A stretch of 54,525 nt of DNA from Candidatus Methanophagaceae archaeon GoMg2 (GCA_013180585.1 QBUM01000251.1:1-54525), one strand, 5' to 3'. Counted from the first letter of the stretch, positions 28,461 through 40,241 are shown. Numbers and translations are program-made. The notes: generated by a model from the letters alone, not told the origin.

Positions 28461-29570
28461 ATGTCTGGCAACTCTTTTGGAAAGCTATTCGGGATGACCA
28501 CCTGGGGCGAGTCGCATGGCGCCGCGATAGGAGTCGTTGTAGATGGCTGTCCTGCAGGGCTTGAACTCTCAGTAATGGACATACAGCACGAACTGGACCG
28601 GAGGAAGCCGGGCGTTAGTGAAATAACGACAGAGCGGAAGGAAGCGGATGAAGTTAAGATATTGTCAGGCGTGTTCGAAGGGAAAACACTTGGCACTCCT
28701 ATTTCTATGCTCGTCTGGAATAAAGATGTGGAGTCAAGTCCTTATGAGCCCCTAAAAAACATTGCAAGACCCGGTCAGGCTGATCTCTCTTATCAGATGA
28801 AGTATGGGATAAGGGACTATCGTGGAGGCGGAAGAGCATCAGGACGAGAGACCGTTGCGAGAGTAGCCGCGGGTGCCATAGCAAAGAAAATCTTAGCGGC
28901 GCGAGATATACAAATTATCGGGCATGTGGTGGAAGTAGGCGGCATAAGAGCGAGAGAAGTAGGATTTGAAGAAATAAAGAAGAATGCGGAGCGAAATGCA
29001 GTACGGTGTGCAGACTCAGAAGCTGCGAGTCGAATGGAGCAGTTAATAAAAGAAGTGAAGGCAGAAGGAGATAGTGTAGGCGGCCTCGTGGAAATAATTG
29101 CAACGGGGGTTCCGGCTGGTTTGGGCGAACCGGTATTCGATAAACTGGATGCCGAACTTGCGAAGGCATTGATGAGCCTCGGTGCCGTGAAGGGCGTTGA
29201 AATCGGTGCGGGGTTTAAAGCTGCGGGTATGAAAGGAAGTGAGATGAACGATGAATTCTATATGTATGAAGGTAGGATAAAAACGAGAACGAACAACGCA
29301 GGTGGTATTTTAGGTGGCATCTCGACGGGTGAGCCCGTGATATGCAGAATAGCAGTGAAGCCTACTTCTTCTGTTGCAAAGCCACAGAGAAGTGTGGATA
29401 TGGAGAAGATGGAAGAGGTGGAAATAGAGATAACGGGCAGGCATGACCCCTGTATATGCCCCCGGATAGTTCCGGTTACGGAAGCGATGGTTGCTTTAGT
29501 ATTAGTGGATTGTTTGATGATAACCCTTACCAGCAGAAATCAAGATAAATACTTGCTCACTGCCTTATAA
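28461..29570 (+). CDS. aroC: Chorismate synthase
   Basis: [36 protein letters not shown]. Confidence 0.97.
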   Translation: MSGNSFGKLFGMTTWGESHGAAIGVVVDGCPAGLELSVMDIQHELDRRKPGVSEITTERKEADEVKILSGVFEGKTLGTPISMLVWNKDVESSPYEPLKNIARPGQADLSYQMKYGIRDYRGGGRASGRETVARVAAGAIAKKILAARDIQIIGHVVEVGGIRAREVGFEEIKKNAERNAVRCADSEAASRMEQLIKEVKAEGDSVGGLVEIIATGVPAGLGEPVFDKLDAELAKALMSLGAVKGVEIGAGFKAAGMKGSEMNDEFYMYEGRIKTRTNNAGGILGGISTGEPVICRIAVKPTSSVAKPQRSVDMEKMEEVEIEITGRHDPCICPRIVPVTEAMVALVLVDCLMITLTSRNQDKYLLTAL

Positions 29571-30631
29571 TCAAATTCCTCTGCATCGAGCACATTACGT
29601 ATAAAGTTGAACAATTTCTTTCGTGTACGCAGCGAAATAGTGGGATACCATACAGGAGAAGCAACCACAAGCCCTCGAAACGCATAAAACGGTTGTATCA
29701 CCTTCAACAACTCGTAATCGCCGGTCTTTTCAAGATACACGTCGAAAAACAGCTCATACAGTCGCTTAAAATCAGCGTCAATCTCTGCACCATCGGTTTT
29801 GAGCAGCCCGAAGAAGAGATAATTTATGGTCATTGCGGTAACATCGTCCGCAGCTTCGCCCCATTCACCACGACTGCGGTCAAGCACCGTAAAATCCGTT
29901 CCTTTACGGAACATAATATTCCAGGGATGGAAATCGCCATGAACCATACACAACCGTTTCGTTCGCTCTTTCAATCGCCATCGCCAGTCTATGCACTTCT
30001 TCTCTATTTCCGCCAGCTCTTCGCCGGTTATGAACTCATTTTGAGATGGATAACTGTCCGTAAGCCCGAATATGCACTCGCTATGCCCCACTAACTCACG
30101 TATCCTCCGTACATAAAGCTGTGCATCATCATTCTTAACTGCGTGTATATCAGCCAAATAAGAAGCCAAGGCAGATACTCTCGCTTCATCCTCTTTCCTT
30201 AACGCACCTCCGTCTTTTAACCTGTTCAGGTCATTAACGTACTCCTTGCCTTCCACTTTATCGCATACAATGAAATATTCCGCAGCATCACTTGCGGATT
30301 CCATCTGTCCGTCTTTCGTAAAATAGCCGACATCAACACTCTTTACGTGTTTCGGCAGCGTATTGAACGCATGATACTGCCATATCAATATCTGTGCACG
30401 GTCAGAGAGATGGTCATGCCCGAATCCATCCCCCCGCATCGAAGAGATGACAACCTCTTTTTGTTCACCTTCTCTGGTCTCAAACACCACGAGGTAGGGT
30501 TTGCCATAGCCAAACCCCTTTATTTCTTGCTCTTTTTCCTGCTCTGACGCCAGCCCCAACTCCTTTACGTTCCGTATTTTTAGCGGACTGCCAAACTTAT
30601 TTGCTAAGTAGTTTCGTATTTCTTCTTCCAT
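29540..30631 (-). CDS. Aminoglycoside/choline-kinase-like phosphotransferase family protein
   Basis: HGDFHPWNI Brenner-type motif, [20 protein letters not shown] before MEEEIR. Confidence 0.8.
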   Translation of the reverse strand: MEEEIRNYLANKFGSPLKIRNVKELGLASEQEKEQEIKGFGYGKPYLVVFETREGEQKEVVISSMRGDGFGHDHLSDRAQILIWQYHAFNTLPKHVKSVDVGYFTKDGQMESASDAAEYFIVCDKVEGKEYVNDLNRLKDGGALRKEDEARVSALASYLADIHAVKNDDAQLYVRRIRELVGHSECIFGLTDSYPSQNEFITGEELAEIEKKCIDWRWRLKERTKRLCMVHGDFHPWNIMFRKGTDFTVLDRSRGEWGEAADDVTAMTINYLFFGLLKTDGAEIDADFKRLYELFFDVYLEKTGDYELLKVIQPFYAFRGLVVASPVWYPTISLRTRKKLFNFIRNVLDAEEFDYKAVSKYLS

Positions 30632-30687
30632 GAACTCCACCTATAAGGTATATATTTTAGTTGCCTTTGTTTATATTGGTAATTACA

Positions 30688-31725
30688 ATGATAGGGATAG
30701 TCTCGTATGGCGTGTATGTACCGGTGTATCGAATAAAAGTGGAAGAGATAGCAAAACAGTGGGGCGAGAATGGTGCGAGTATAAAAGCGGGCCTGATGGT
30801 GGCAGAGAAATCAGTGCCCGATCTGGACGAAGATACAGCGACAATGGCTGTAGAAGCCGCACGAGCTGCTATTCTTCGTGCAAACCTCGACCCGCAAGAT
30901 ATAGGTGCCATATACGTGGGAGCGGAAAGTCACCCTTACGCCGTAAAGCCTACCGCGACCATCGTAGCTGCAGCGATAGACGCATCGAATTCGATCACTG
31001 CTGCGGACTTTGAGTTCGCATGCAAAGCCGGAACTGCAACAATACAATCTTGTATGGGTCTTGTCGCGCTGAATAAAATAAAGTATGGACTCGCAATAGG
31101 TGCTGACGCTTCGCAGGCAAGCCCGGGAGACGCATTAGAGTACACCGCTGCCGCGGGTAGTGCTGCGTTTGTCATCGGGCAAGACCGGGTAGTCGCCGAG
31201 ATAGAGGATTTTGCGTCCTTTACTACGGATACACCCGACTTCTGGCGAAGAGACCTGCAAAAGTACCCATCACACAGTGGGCGCTTCACTGGCGAACCTG
31301 CTTATTTCCGACATACGATATCAGCTACTAAAGCATTGCTGGAAAAAACAGGGCTCCAACCTGCCGACTTTGACTTTGCCGTATTTCACCAACCTAACGG
31401 AAAGTTCCCACTAAAAGCAGCAAAAAGTCTTGGATTTACATCAGCGCAAGTAAAACCCGGCCTGATGGTAACTAACTTTGGTAACACGTACTCGGCTGCT
31501 TCGATGATAGGGCTCGCAGCCGTTCTTGATAAGGCATCACCCTCGCAGCGGATTTTGCTGACCTCCTTCGGCTCCGGTGCGGGTTCTGACTCATTTGCTT
31601 TCCGTGTTACAGACCTTATCGGAGAGGTGCAAGAGAAAGCGAGGAAGGTAGAGCACTTTCTTAGTTCAAAGAAGTATCTGGATTACGCGGCGTATGCGAA
31701 ACATCAAGGAAAAATAAGGATGTAA
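30688..31725 (+). CDS. hmgB: Hydroxymethylglutaryl-CoA synthase, archaeal
   Basis: [46 protein letters not shown]; start placed at MIGIVSYG. Confidence 0.95.
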   Translation: MIGIVSYGVYVPVYRIKVEEIAKQWGENGASIKAGLMVAEKSVPDLDEDTATMAVEAARAAILRANLDPQDIGAIYVGAESHPYAVKPTATIVAAAIDASNSITAADFEFACKAGTATIQSCMGLVALNKIKYGLAIGADASQASPGDALEYTAAAGSAAFVIGQDRVVAEIEDFASFTTDTPDFWRRDLQKYPSHSGRFTGEPAYFRHTISATKALLEKTGLQPADFDFAVFHQPNGKFPLKAAKSLGFTSAQVKPGLMVTNFGNTYSAASMIGLAAVLDKASPSQRILLTSFGSGAGSDSFAFRVTDLIGEVQEKARKVEHFLSSKKYLDYAAYAKHQGKIRM

Positions 31726-31726
31726 T

Positions 31727-32890
31727 ATGAGAGAAGTAGCGATAATAGGTGTGGGAACCACAAAATTTGGTGAACTCTGGGATAGGTCTTTCCGGGACAT
31801 AGCGGTAGAAGCGGGGTTAAAAGCGATAGAAGATGCAGGGATAAGCGGAGAGGAGATAGATGCGTTATATGGCGGGAACATGTCAGCCGGCAGATTTGTG
31901 GAGCAGGAGCATATCGGTGCGTTAATATTAGATCGTGCCGGATTATCTGGATTACATATTGCCTCGACACGAGTGGAAGCCGCTTGTGCCTCAGGCGCGC
32001 TCGCATTGCATTTAGCGGTTCTTTCTGTGGCTTCCGGGTGGTACGACCTCGTGATAGCGGCAGGCGTGGAGAAGATGACCGATGTAGATGATGATATAGC
32101 CAGCGATTTGCTCGTTTCCGGCGTAGATCGGGAGTGGGAAGCGTTTTGTGGCGCAACGCTCCCGTCCTTGTTTGCTCAGATGGCGCGGGCACACATGCAA
32201 CAATATCATACTACGGGCGAGCAAATGGCAAAGGTAGCGGTAAAGAACCATTTGAATGCCACTCAGAACCCCCTTGCACAATACCGGCGGGAGATCTCAA
32301 CAGATGCCGTACTTGGCTCTCCTATGGTCGCCGACCCGCTTCACATGCTGGATTGCTCTGGCATAGCAGATGGGGCGTCTGCGGTTGTTGTATGCGCCGC
32401 CGAGGATGCGAAGAAACATACTGATTCGCCTATTTACGTTAAAGCGTCCGCACAGGCAAGCGATACCCTCTCGCTTCATGACCGGAGGGACATAACAACG
32501 ATGGATGCAACGGTGTTTGCAGCAAAGAAGGCGTATCAAAAGGCGTCCCTTGAGCCGTCGCAGATAGACGTCGCGGAAGTGCATGATTCATACACGATTG
32601 CGGAACTAATAGCAATAGAAGATTTAGGCTTTTTTGAAAAGGGTAGTGGAGGCACTGCCACGGGTGAAGGAGAGACAGAAATAGGTGGTAAAATACCTAT
32701 AAACCCATCTGGCGGACTAAAAGCATGTGGGCACCCGCTCGGTGCAACAGGTGTACGGCAGGTGACCGAGATAGTGCAGCAGCTCAGAGGAGAAGCCGGA
32801 AAAAGGCAGATACCCAACGTTGAAGTTGGACTGACACATAACATAGGTGGGACGGGAGGCACAGCTATCGTCCATATATTCTCCAACTGA
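31727..32890 (+). CDS. Acetoacetyl-CoA thiolase, archaeal mevalonate pathway
   Basis: [37 protein letters not shown]. Confidence 0.93.
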   Translation: MREVAIIGVGTTKFGELWDRSFRDIAVEAGLKAIEDAGISGEEIDALYGGNMSAGRFVEQEHIGALILDRAGLSGLHIASTRVEAACASGALALHLAVLSVASGWYDLVIAAGVEKMTDVDDDIASDLLVSGVDREWEAFCGATLPSLFAQMARAHMQQYHTTGEQMAKVAVKNHLNATQNPLAQYRREISTDAVLGSPMVADPLHMLDCSGIADGASAVVVCAAEDAKKHTDSPIYVKASAQASDTLSLHDRRDITTMDATVFAAKKAYQKASLEPSQIDVAEVHDSYTIAELIAIEDLGFFEKGSGGTATGEGETEIGGKIPINPSGGLKACGHPLGATGVRQVTEIVQQLRGEAGKRQIPNVEVGLTHNIGGTGGTAIVHIFSN

Positions 32891-33027
32891 TAGAGCCATA
32901 AAAGCATCATTTTTGGGATATAAAACTCGGATATTAGAGGAAATACCCAAAGGAAGATTGCTATCCTACGTGAAAAACTCGCTATTATTAAGTATGCAAA
33001 AACATTTTTACATCGAGGTATTTTTTA

Positions 33028-34257
33028 GTGACAGAGATGGATAACCTATTCGATGACCTGATATATGAGGGGCGGATATTTGCAAACAAAGAGGTACTTC
33101 GCCACGCATATATTCCCGAAAAACTGCCGCATCGGGAGAGGCAGATAAAGAGTTTAGCCGACATTTTGTCTGCGGCGCTAAAGGGAGAGACCCCGTCCAA
33201 TGTAGTAATCTATGGTAAGACAGGGACGGGAAAGACAGCTACGGTGAAATATGTAAGTAAAGAATTAGAAAGGATGGGGCGGAAGATGGGCAGTAAATGC
33301 TTCATGATATATATCAACAACGAGGTGTTTGATACGCAATATCGTGTTTTCGCCTATCTCGCACGGATATTCAATAAGAAGGTCCCGTTAATAGGTTGGC
33401 CAACAGATATGGTATATTCAGAGTTTAAGGCGGGGATAGATACGGATGATAGATGCGTAATCGTGATATTAGATGAGGTGGACAGGTTAGCAACCAGAGG
33501 TGACGGTGCGTTGTATAACCTCTCAAGGATAAACAGCGAGCTAAATAATGCACGGGTAAGCATGATAGGCATTTCAAATGACCTGACATTCACGGAGCTA
33601 TTGGACCCGAGGGTGAGGTCATCCTTGAGCGAGGAGGAGATAATATTTCCGCCTTACGATGCCGCTCAGTTGCAGGATATTTTGGGTGAGAGAGCGCGGA
33701 TGGCTTTCAATTATTCTGCGCTTAATGATGCGGTAATACCACTATGCGCCGCTTTCGCCGCTCAGGAGCATGGCGATGCGCGGCGTGCTCTTGACCTGCT
33801 GAGAGTATCAGGTGAAATTGCCGAGCGCTCGGAGTCCAAAACGGTAACAGAGGAGCACGTGAGGCAAGCAAGTGAAAGGATAGAAGCAAACAGCATTGTG
33901 GAAGTGATAAAGACGCTACCGCCACAATCAAAAATAGTGCTAAGCAGTGTGCTTTTATTACGCAGGGAAAGGAACAAGAGACGATTCTCCAGCGGTGAAG
34001 TCTATAACATGTATCGAAGGTCATGTAACCATTTGGACATGGAACCGTTAACACAACGCCGCGTTAGTGATTTAGTTGCAGAATTGGACATCTTAGGGCT
34101 GGTAAGCGCCGTGATAGTGAGTAAGGGTAGATACGGGCGTACAAAAGAGATATCGCTAAGTGTACCGGAAGGTTATGTGCAACCAGTCTTGTTTGAAGAT
34201 TATAAGCTTAAAGCATTAGTGAGTAATATAAAAGTAAAAGCGCAGATGACGCTGTAA
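33028..34257 (+). CDS. cdc6: Orc1/Cdc6 replication initiation protein
   Basis: GKTGTGKT Walker A, LDEVD Walker B, DPRVRSSL, HGDARRALDLL, GRYGRT wHTH; start GTG 33028 or ATG 33037. Confidence 0.95.
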   Translation: MTEMDNLFDDLIYEGRIFANKEVLRHAYIPEKLPHRERQIKSLADILSAALKGETPSNVVIYGKTGTGKTATVKYVSKELERMGRKMGSKCFMIYINNEVFDTQYRVFAYLARIFNKKVPLIGWPTDMVYSEFKAGIDTDDRCVIVILDEVDRLATRGDGALYNLSRINSELNNARVSMIGISNDLTFTELLDPRVRSSLSEEEIIFPPYDAAQLQDILGERARMAFNYSALNDAVIPLCAAFAAQEHGDARRALDLLRVSGEIAERSESKTVTEEHVRQASERIEANSIVEVIKTLPPQSKIVLSSVLLLRRERNKRRFSSGEVYNMYRRSCNHLDMEPLTQRRVSDLVAELDILGLVSAVIVSKGRYGRTKEISLSVPEGYVQPVLFEDYKLKALVSNIKVKAQMTL

Positions 34258-34268
34258 AGGGATGAAAG

Positions 34269-34649
34269 ATGACCAAGGAAGAGAAAAAAGGATATGTCAA
34301 GTTTGAAGTGCCAGAGGAATTGCAAAGCAAGTCGTTAGAGGCATTGGATTTGGCGAGAACTACGGGCAGCATAAAGAAGGGTACAAACGAGACTACAAAG
34401 GTTATAGAACGAGGGATGGCAAAGCTGGTGCTTATTGGCGAGGATGTTACTCCTGTGGAGATAGTGATGCATATACCTCCACTGTGTGAAGAGAAAGGCA
34501 TTCCTTACGTGTATGTGAAGAGCCAGAAGGATTTAGGGGCTGCGTGTGGTATAAAGAAGGGCTGCGGCTCTGCTGCTATCGTAGATACCGGCAAAGCAGA
34601 AGAAGCGATTGGTACGATTACAGGGGAATTGGATAAGATAAAAGCGTAG
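34269..34649 (+). CDS. rpl7ae: 50S ribosomal protein L7Ae
   Basis: [24 protein letters not shown]. Confidence 0.97.
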   Translation: MTKEEKKGYVKFEVPEELQSKSLEALDLARTTGSIKKGTNETTKVIERGMAKLVLIGEDVTPVEIVMHIPPLCEEKGIPYVYVKSQKDLGAACGIKKGCGSAAIVDTGKAEEAIGTITGELDKIKA

Positions 34650-34672
34650 GTAATATAAGGAGAAAGGAAAGC

Positions 34673-34885
34673 ATGTACGATGACAGGGGGACACCATCAG
34701 AGGTGATAGAAGTCGTAGGAAGGACAGGGATGCACGGCGAATCAACGCAGATAAAGTGCAGAGTACTGGACGGCGAGAATAAAGGCCGAATCATAACAAG
34801 GAATTGTAGAGGTCCGGTAAAGACAGGCGATGTTATTGTGCTGTTAGAGACAGATAGGGAAGTGCGGAAATTATTGAGAAGATGA
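34673..34885 (+). CDS. rps28e: 30S ribosomal protein S28e
   Basis: [25 protein letters not shown]. Confidence 0.97.
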   Translation: MYDDRGTPSEVIEVVGRTGMHGESTQIKCRVLDGENKGRIITRNCRGPVKTGDVIVLLETDREVRKLLRR

Positions 34886-34910
34886 TTTTATAGCAAGGCG
34901 AGGAAAGAAG

Positions 34911-35096
34911 ATGGAGAAGAGATGCTCTTTTTGTGATTTACCCATAGAACCGGGAACCGGAATGATGTTCGTGAAACGCGACGGAACTGTTTTGTATTTC
35001 TGCAGTACCAAGTGTGAGCGAAACATGGTGAAGCTAAGGCGGAAAAGGAGAAAGGTAAAATGGGCGGCGGAAGCAAAGATTACCCGTGAATCTTAG
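34911..35096 (+). CDS. rpl24e: 50S ribosomal protein L24e
   Basis: CSFC..IEPGTG.MFV..DG....FCSTKC. Confidence 0.96.
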   Translation: MEKRCSFCDLPIEPGTGMMFVKRDGTVLYFCSTKCERNMVKLRRKRRKVKWAAEAKITRES

Positions 35097-35133
35097 CTTC
35101 CCCACTCAAATGTAGTTGTTTATTAAAAGGGAA

Positions 35134-35285
35134 GTATTTGTATAGCGAATTTTTAAAACCACGAGATTAACACAAGAAAATGGGATTAATGTGGGGTAAT
35201 GTGGCCTATGGTATACTAAAATCTGGTTACTGTCCTTCTATTCTCGTGAAAATCTGTGAAATCTTGTGGTTAGCTAAACAATTAC
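35134..35285 (+). mobile_element. MITE-like palindromic repeat, copy G, with perfect 8-bp TSD
   Basis: TIRs GTATTTGTATAGC/GCTAAACAATTAC; AAAGGGAA at 35126-35133 and 35286-35293. Confidence 0.92.
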
Positions 35286-35345
35286 AAAGGGAAAGGTAAT
35301 AGACTGTTTCTATTTTGTATGCAACCAGATAGCTCAAATTGCGAT

Positions 35346-36368
35346 TTAAAGCCTTGGATGTCTTTCTCTCATCTTTATTATATCGTATTCATCATATATG
35401 CTACCCACAATTACCTCCAGAAGGTCTTCTAAACTAACTAACCCCTTTGTTCTGCCCTCTTCGTCCACTACAATGGCGATATGAACTCTACCACGCTGGA
35501 ACTCGTCGAGTAGGTCATCTACCCGCTTCGCCTCAGAAACGAAAAAAGGTTTTTTCATTAGCTCTTTTACCGGAAGTGTACCTTCATTCGCTTTGATTAA
35601 CAAATCCTTCGCATATAAAACGCCGACGATGTTATCCTTAGTCCCGTCAAAGACGGGAATTCTTGAGTAGCCACTGCTCTTTATTACGTCCACAGCGGAG
35701 TCACCCGTTTGACCTACTTCCAGACAAACCATCTCATCCTTTGGTCGCATCACACTCTTCACCACGATTTCGTCAAGCTTCAGCACACCCATCATCATCT
35801 CCTTCTCGTCCTCTTCTATCGCCCCCTCCTCTTCGCCTATGTCCAGCATCGTCTCTACTTCCTCTTCTGTCATCACCTGCTTACGATGCAGTTTTATGCC
35901 CAAAATCCGCACAAATGCAGCGGTAATCAGAGAAAACACTTTTATAACAGGTAGAAAAACGGAAGCCATGAGCTTCATGGGTCTGGAAACCAGAATGGAA
36001 ACACCTTCTGCATGATGAACTGCAATCGTCTTGGGCATGATTTCAGCAAACGTGAGGATTAAAAGAGTCATTACCCCGATTGCAATCGCCTCACCGTAAC
36101 CGCCAAAGAACTCTATGGCAATAGATGCTGCTATTACCGATGCTGCGATGTTTACTATATTATTCCCGATAAGCACGGCAGTGAGCACAGCTTCGGGCTC
36201 GCGTGTCATCTCATCAATGATCTCCGCGCCTTTTACACCCCGCTTCACTAACGTTCGCGCTTTTATCTTCCCGATTCCAACCAGAGCGGTCTCAGAGCCC
36301 GAGAAGAACCCGGACAGGAGTAATAACACAAAAAGTAGTATAATTTTTAATGTTAGGAGCGATAACAC
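35346..36368 (-). CDS. CNNM/CorB (DUF21 + CBS pair) membrane protein
   Basis: SGFFSGSETAL, LIGNNIVN, FAEIMPK, YSRIPV, EDLLEVIVGSIYDEYD. Confidence 0.92.
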   Translation of the reverse strand: MLSLLTLKIILLFVLLLLSGFFSGSETALVGIGKIKARTLVKRGVKGAEIIDEMTREPEAVLTAVLIGNNIVNIAASVIAASIAIEFFGGYGEAIAIGVMTLLILTFAEIMPKTIAVHHAEGVSILVSRPMKLMASVFLPVIKVFSLITAAFVRILGIKLHRKQVMTEEEVETMLDIGEEEGAIEEDEKEMMMGVLKLDEIVVKSVMRPKDEMVCLEVGQTGDSAVDVIKSSGYSRIPVFDGTKDNIVGVLYAKDLLIKANEGTLPVKELMKKPFFVSEAKRVDDLLDEFQRGRVHIAIVVDEEGRTKGLVSLEDLLEVIVGSIYDEYDIIKMRERHPRL

Positions 36369-36493
36369 CTTGTTCCTTTTCCTCCTCCAGTTAAATATAT
36401 GTTATACCGCTTTAAAAGGTTATCGCACTTTTTTGGCTATACTTGTTTTATATTTGTAATGGGCGATTTGATTTTAGTATGCTCCGACTAAAT

Positions 36494-37336
36494 ATGATGG
36501 TTATACCAGCGGAAACCCTGGATACCCTCACTACCTTTATTAAAATAGCAATTACGATTGTAGCTACAGTCATAATCGCAGTGCTTATAAACCGCGCTTT
36601 GGTCGCTTACTTCAAATTCGCAAGCGGGAAGCTCAAAGTGGATGAAACTACTTATACGGTTGTTAGAAGACTAATAATTCTCACGATTTACATAATAGGC
36701 GGTGTAGTTGTGATTGAACTCATCCCCGGTCTTCCAGGCTTAATGCTCGGCATGGCAGCCGGTGCAGGCATCGCTGCTATCGTTATAGGTTTTGCAGCAC
36801 AGAAAGTACTTTCTAACATATTTGGTGGTATTTCTATTGCTATTTTTCGCCCTTTTCGTGTCGGCGATGTCGTGGAGATGGAAGATGAATATGGAACCGT
36901 AGAAGATATAACACTCCGGCATACCGTGATAAGAACATGGCAGAACAAGAGGCTGATCATTCCTAACACACGTATAAGTGAAGAATCTATAATAAACTGG
37001 ACGATAGAGGACCTTGCGGTGCTATGGGCGGTAGATTTCGGGATTAGTTACGATTCTGATATAGACATTGCCAGATCAATAATCCTTGATGAAATAGACA
37101 AACATCCGGATGTGATGCACGAAGAAGATAAAGAAGTGAATGTGCGGGTTACGGAGCTCGGCGATTTTGCTGTTAAGCTAAGAGCAACTTTTTGGGTCTC
37201 GGACAGGTCCACGGCGTGGAGCACCGGGGCGGAAATACGAGAATCGGTGAAGAAGAGATTTGATAGTGAGGGCGTTGAGATTCCTTTCCCGTATCGAACT
37301 GTGGTGTACAAAAAAGATATGAGGCGAGCGGGTTAA
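36494..37336 (+). CDS. Small-conductance mechanosensitive channel (MscS family)
   Basis: IGFAAQ..LSN..GG, PFRVGD, GTVEDITLRHT, IPN, GVEIPFP. Confidence 0.92.
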   Translation: MMVIPAETLDTLTTFIKIAITIVATVIIAVLINRALVAYFKFASGKLKVDETTYTVVRRLIILTIYIIGGVVVIELIPGLPGLMLGMAAGAGIAAIVIGFAAQKVLSNIFGGISIAIFRPFRVGDVVEMEDEYGTVEDITLRHTVIRTWQNKRLIIPNTRISEESIINWTIEDLAVLWAVDFGISYDSDIDIARSIILDEIDKHPDVMHEEDKEVNVRVTELGDFAVKLRATFWVSDRSTAWSTGAEIRESVKKRFDSEGVEIPFPYRTVVYKKDMRRAG

Positions 37337-37587
37337 GTCGGCAAAGCTGCGATTGAAAATCCAAATCGAAAGGATAAGAGAATCTTTCGCAACGATTCTC
37401 ATGAAGTCTAACGTCTCTTGTTGTGAAACGGAATCAGCGTGTGAAATGCGAGAGTCCCAGGCGGGGTACCGCCTTCAGACCACTTAAAGGTTTGATTGAA
37501 GACAGCTATTAAGGTGCAAAAAAAAGACGGAGAGTGATCCTGTTAACAAAGAATCGTTCCCCGCCATAACTTTTGCGATTATCTTAT

Positions 37588-38265
37588 TTATTCCTCTTTT
37601 TTTCCCTCTTTCAGTTTCTCTTTCACGTACTCGGCAACGACGTCTTTGAGTCCCCAGCCCAGAGAGATTCCCATAGCGATTGCAATACCTGCTGCAATTC
37701 CCCACGCTAACGGAACGAGGAACGTGTATATTACTGTTGTCTCGATGAGTAGTTGGTCCAATGCAAATACGATCACCACCAGATAAAAGATTACCCTCAA
37801 TACCGATGTTATTATCTCCGAAAATTCAACTTCCCTGGCTGTTAACTGCATTTCTAGCTGATCAAGGAAGAAGTCAGCCACTATCAGACCCACTACTAAT
37901 ACTATGACACCTAAGATCAGATGCGGAATATACAAAACGACCTGCTGCACGAAGCCTGCTAACATCGGGATGTTCAACACGTTTATGGCTGCCATAATGA
38001 AGACGAGGTATATGAACCATCTAATCAGTGCATCAAAGCATCCCACGGTGGTCATGCCCGATTTCTTAATCGTATCACCAATAGCTGTTTTCTCTACTGC
38101 GTCGTCTACACCTATCTTATCGAGCACTTTTGATATGACTTTTCCACCGATACGACCTGCAAACAATCCTATTATCAGGATTATTATCGCAACAATTATC
38201 GCAGGTAGATACCCGACCATTGCTCCAATGGCATCAGCAAAACTTGCCTTTATTGTTTCTATCAT
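37588..38265 (-). CDS. Conserved TM-helix-repeat membrane protein (CmpX/MscS-TM-like)
   Basis: Two YLP/YIP..I...IIL repeats; C-terminal AI.MG.S.GWG. Confidence 0.75.
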   Translation of the reverse strand: MIETIKASFADAIGAMVGYLPAIIVAIIILIIGLFAGRIGGKVISKVLDKIGVDDAVEKTAIGDTIKKSGMTTVGCFDALIRWFIYLVFIMAAINVLNIPMLAGFVQQVVLYIPHLILGVIVLVVGLIVADFFLDQLEMQLTAREVEFSEIITSVLRVIFYLVVIVFALDQLLIETTVIYTFLVPLAWGIAAGIAIAMGISLGWGLKDVVAEYVKEKLKEGKKEE

Positions 38266-38413
38266 CTTTTTTTTATCACCTCCTTTTTGTTTATTGCGAC
38301 ACTTATGTCATTGCACACTACCTAACGCTCAGACACAAGAACTATAGCAAGAAGGCATTGTGAGTATATATAGTTTGCGTATGCCCTAATTCAGAACTGA
38401 TTCATAAGAATAT

Positions 38414-40045
38414 CTATTTTAATCGTTGCACTATCCTTCTTACCGTCTCGTCTGCCGTCAAGTCCACGGTTTCAAATTCCATGAACTTCGTTATCACGTG
38501 CTCTTCTATCTTTCGCAGTCCGTCCTCAGTCTTCGCCTCCATCCGCAGGATAATCACCGGTGAAGTATTTGAACGGCGTACCAAAGCCCAGCCATTCTCC
38601 GCCAGAAACTCTATCTTCACACCATCTATATCGTTACCCGCTTCATCGGTTCTTCGCCGGTATTTCTCAGGCTGATTCGACACAAGCTTCCGGTAGTAGT
38701 TCTCTATCACATCGCTAACCCGCTCCTTCTCCTCGTCGCTTACCACGGGTATCCGTATCTCCGACGTGTTCACGTATCGTGTCAAGAAGTCCTCGAGCAT
38801 CGCATCAACTGTGCTCGTATCGCGTCTGAGCTGTAATTCTTTAGCAGTGAGTAGTAAAAGCTCAGAGAATGCGAATACAGCATCGTCCGCGCGATTGTTC
38901 TTTTGGAAATATACATGCCCTGACATCTCACCTCCGGCAACCGCACCAACAGCATCCATCTTTGACTTTATAAACGAGAACCCCGTCTTCCACTCTACCG
39001 GTACGCCCCCATTCTCTGTTATTATCTCCTTTATTGCGTCTGAACATTTCGTATCGTACACGATTTTGGCATTAGGATGCTCTTTTAATACGTGTTTACA
39101 GAGCAGAGCCAGAATCTGTTCACCGATTATCAGCCGTCCATCCGGTGATACCGCACCTGCACGGTCACCGTCACAGTCAGAGGAAAGCCCGATATGTGCA
39201 TTTTTACGCTGAACTTCAGCATGTAAATCTTTTAGGAAGCGAGGTATCGTGGGGTCCGGCAGGTGATGTGGGAAATTACCATCTGGCGCACAGTACAGCT
39301 CGAATACGTCAGCACCCAACTCACGGAAGATAGGAGGTGCGATTACACCTGTGGTGCCATTACCGGCATCATAGACGATTTTTAGGCCGCTTAACGGTTT
39401 CCTTCGGTCTTCCGGCAATTTTTTTATCTCGTGTACAGCGGTAGAAAGTGCAGCCTTTAGCGAACTCTTACCGGAAAGGGCGTGTAACGCCAGTTCTTCC
39501 CATCTATCACGCAGAATAACGTTCGCCGCTATCATCGAATGATATTCTTTCAGAATGTCCACTTCTTCAAGCGTGCCTTTCGCCGTGCTGTGCCAAGATT
39601 CAAACGTATCTTCGAGTTTCTTCGCAGTCTGAAACATCTCACGTATGTGATTCTCTTTGGCGCTTTCCGAACCAACACAGGGCTTGAACCCGTTCCATTC
39701 CTTGTCCAGGTGGCTGCCCGTGACTTCAACGCCGCCGTCTGTATTGAATAGCCACGTAGCGAAATACATCAGCGGTGTGGAGCTCACCTTCGCCCCAGGT
39801 GCGATGTCTATCACATGGACGCCCATACTCACGAGAGCTTCGGCAAAAGCGGTTTTTAGTCGTGGCGAGCTGTTCCTGACGTCTTTTCCTACTACTACTC
39901 TTAGCTCTTGAGGTTCCTTACGGCGGTATTTGCGTAACAGCTCTACGTACGCCAGGCCAGCCAAAGTACAAAATTCGTTAGTAAGCTGGGAGTCTGCAAT
40001 ACCCCTTATGTCGTTCGCCCTATACGTGGTTTTGTCTATTTTCAT
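38414..40045 (-). CDS. Phosphomannomutase/phosphoglucomutase
   Basis: YRANDIRG, TGSH active-site serine, DCDGDR, GEMSGH, RRSNTSP. Confidence 0.93.
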   Translation of the reverse strand: MKIDKTTYRANDIRGIADSQLTNEFCTLAGLAYVELLRKYRRKEPQELRVVVGKDVRNSSPRLKTAFAEALVSMGVHVIDIAPGAKVSSTPLMYFATWLFNTDGGVEVTGSHLDKEWNGFKPCVGSESAKENHIREMFQTAKKLEDTFESWHSTAKGTLEEVDILKEYHSMIAANVILRDRWEELALHALSGKSSLKAALSTAVHEIKKLPEDRRKPLSGLKIVYDAGNGTTGVIAPPIFRELGADVFELYCAPDGNFPHHLPDPTIPRFLKDLHAEVQRKNAHIGLSSDCDGDRAGAVSPDGRLIIGEQILALLCKHVLKEHPNAKIVYDTKCSDAIKEIITENGGVPVEWKTGFSFIKSKMDAVGAVAGGEMSGHVYFQKNNRADDAVFAFSELLLLTAKELQLRRDTSTVDAMLEDFLTRYVNTSEIRIPVVSDEEKERVSDVIENYYRKLVSNQPEKYRRRTDEAGNDIDGVKIEFLAENGWALVRRSNTSPVIILRMEAKTEDGLRKIEEHVITKFMEFETVDLTADETVRRIVQRLK

Positions 40046-40115
40046 GTTTAGTACAAATATAAAGATTTTAAATATCTAAAGTAAAAAATATGGGGGCGTT
40101 AAGCCCCTTAAATCT

Positions 40116-40215
40116 TTTTTCCCTCTCATCCTGAGATACCGCGCAAGCATCACCAATCCTACACACAACAGTAATACCGTTGGCAGTTCAGGAATCGGTG
40201 CGCACTGATCTGCTG
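40116..40215 (-). pseudogene. Orphan 3' fragment encoding a PEF-CTERM-like sorting signal
   Basis: Reads CAPIPELPTVLLLCVGLVMLARYLRMRGKK, a paralogue of the C-terminus of 41068-44826; AGTTCAGGAATCGGTGC is identical in both. Confidence 0.75.
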
Positions 40216-40241
40216 GAATAGTATATAGTAAACATCCATAG

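Noticed and set aside
32891..33027. Replication origin next to cdc6
   Set aside because: The spacer is only 137 bp with no recognisable ORB (GTTCCAGTGGAAAC-G-string) repeats.
35097..35133. Absence of ndk after rpl24e and of fusA after rps7
   Set aside because: Operon breakage at these points is common, and the genes may be elsewhere in the genome.
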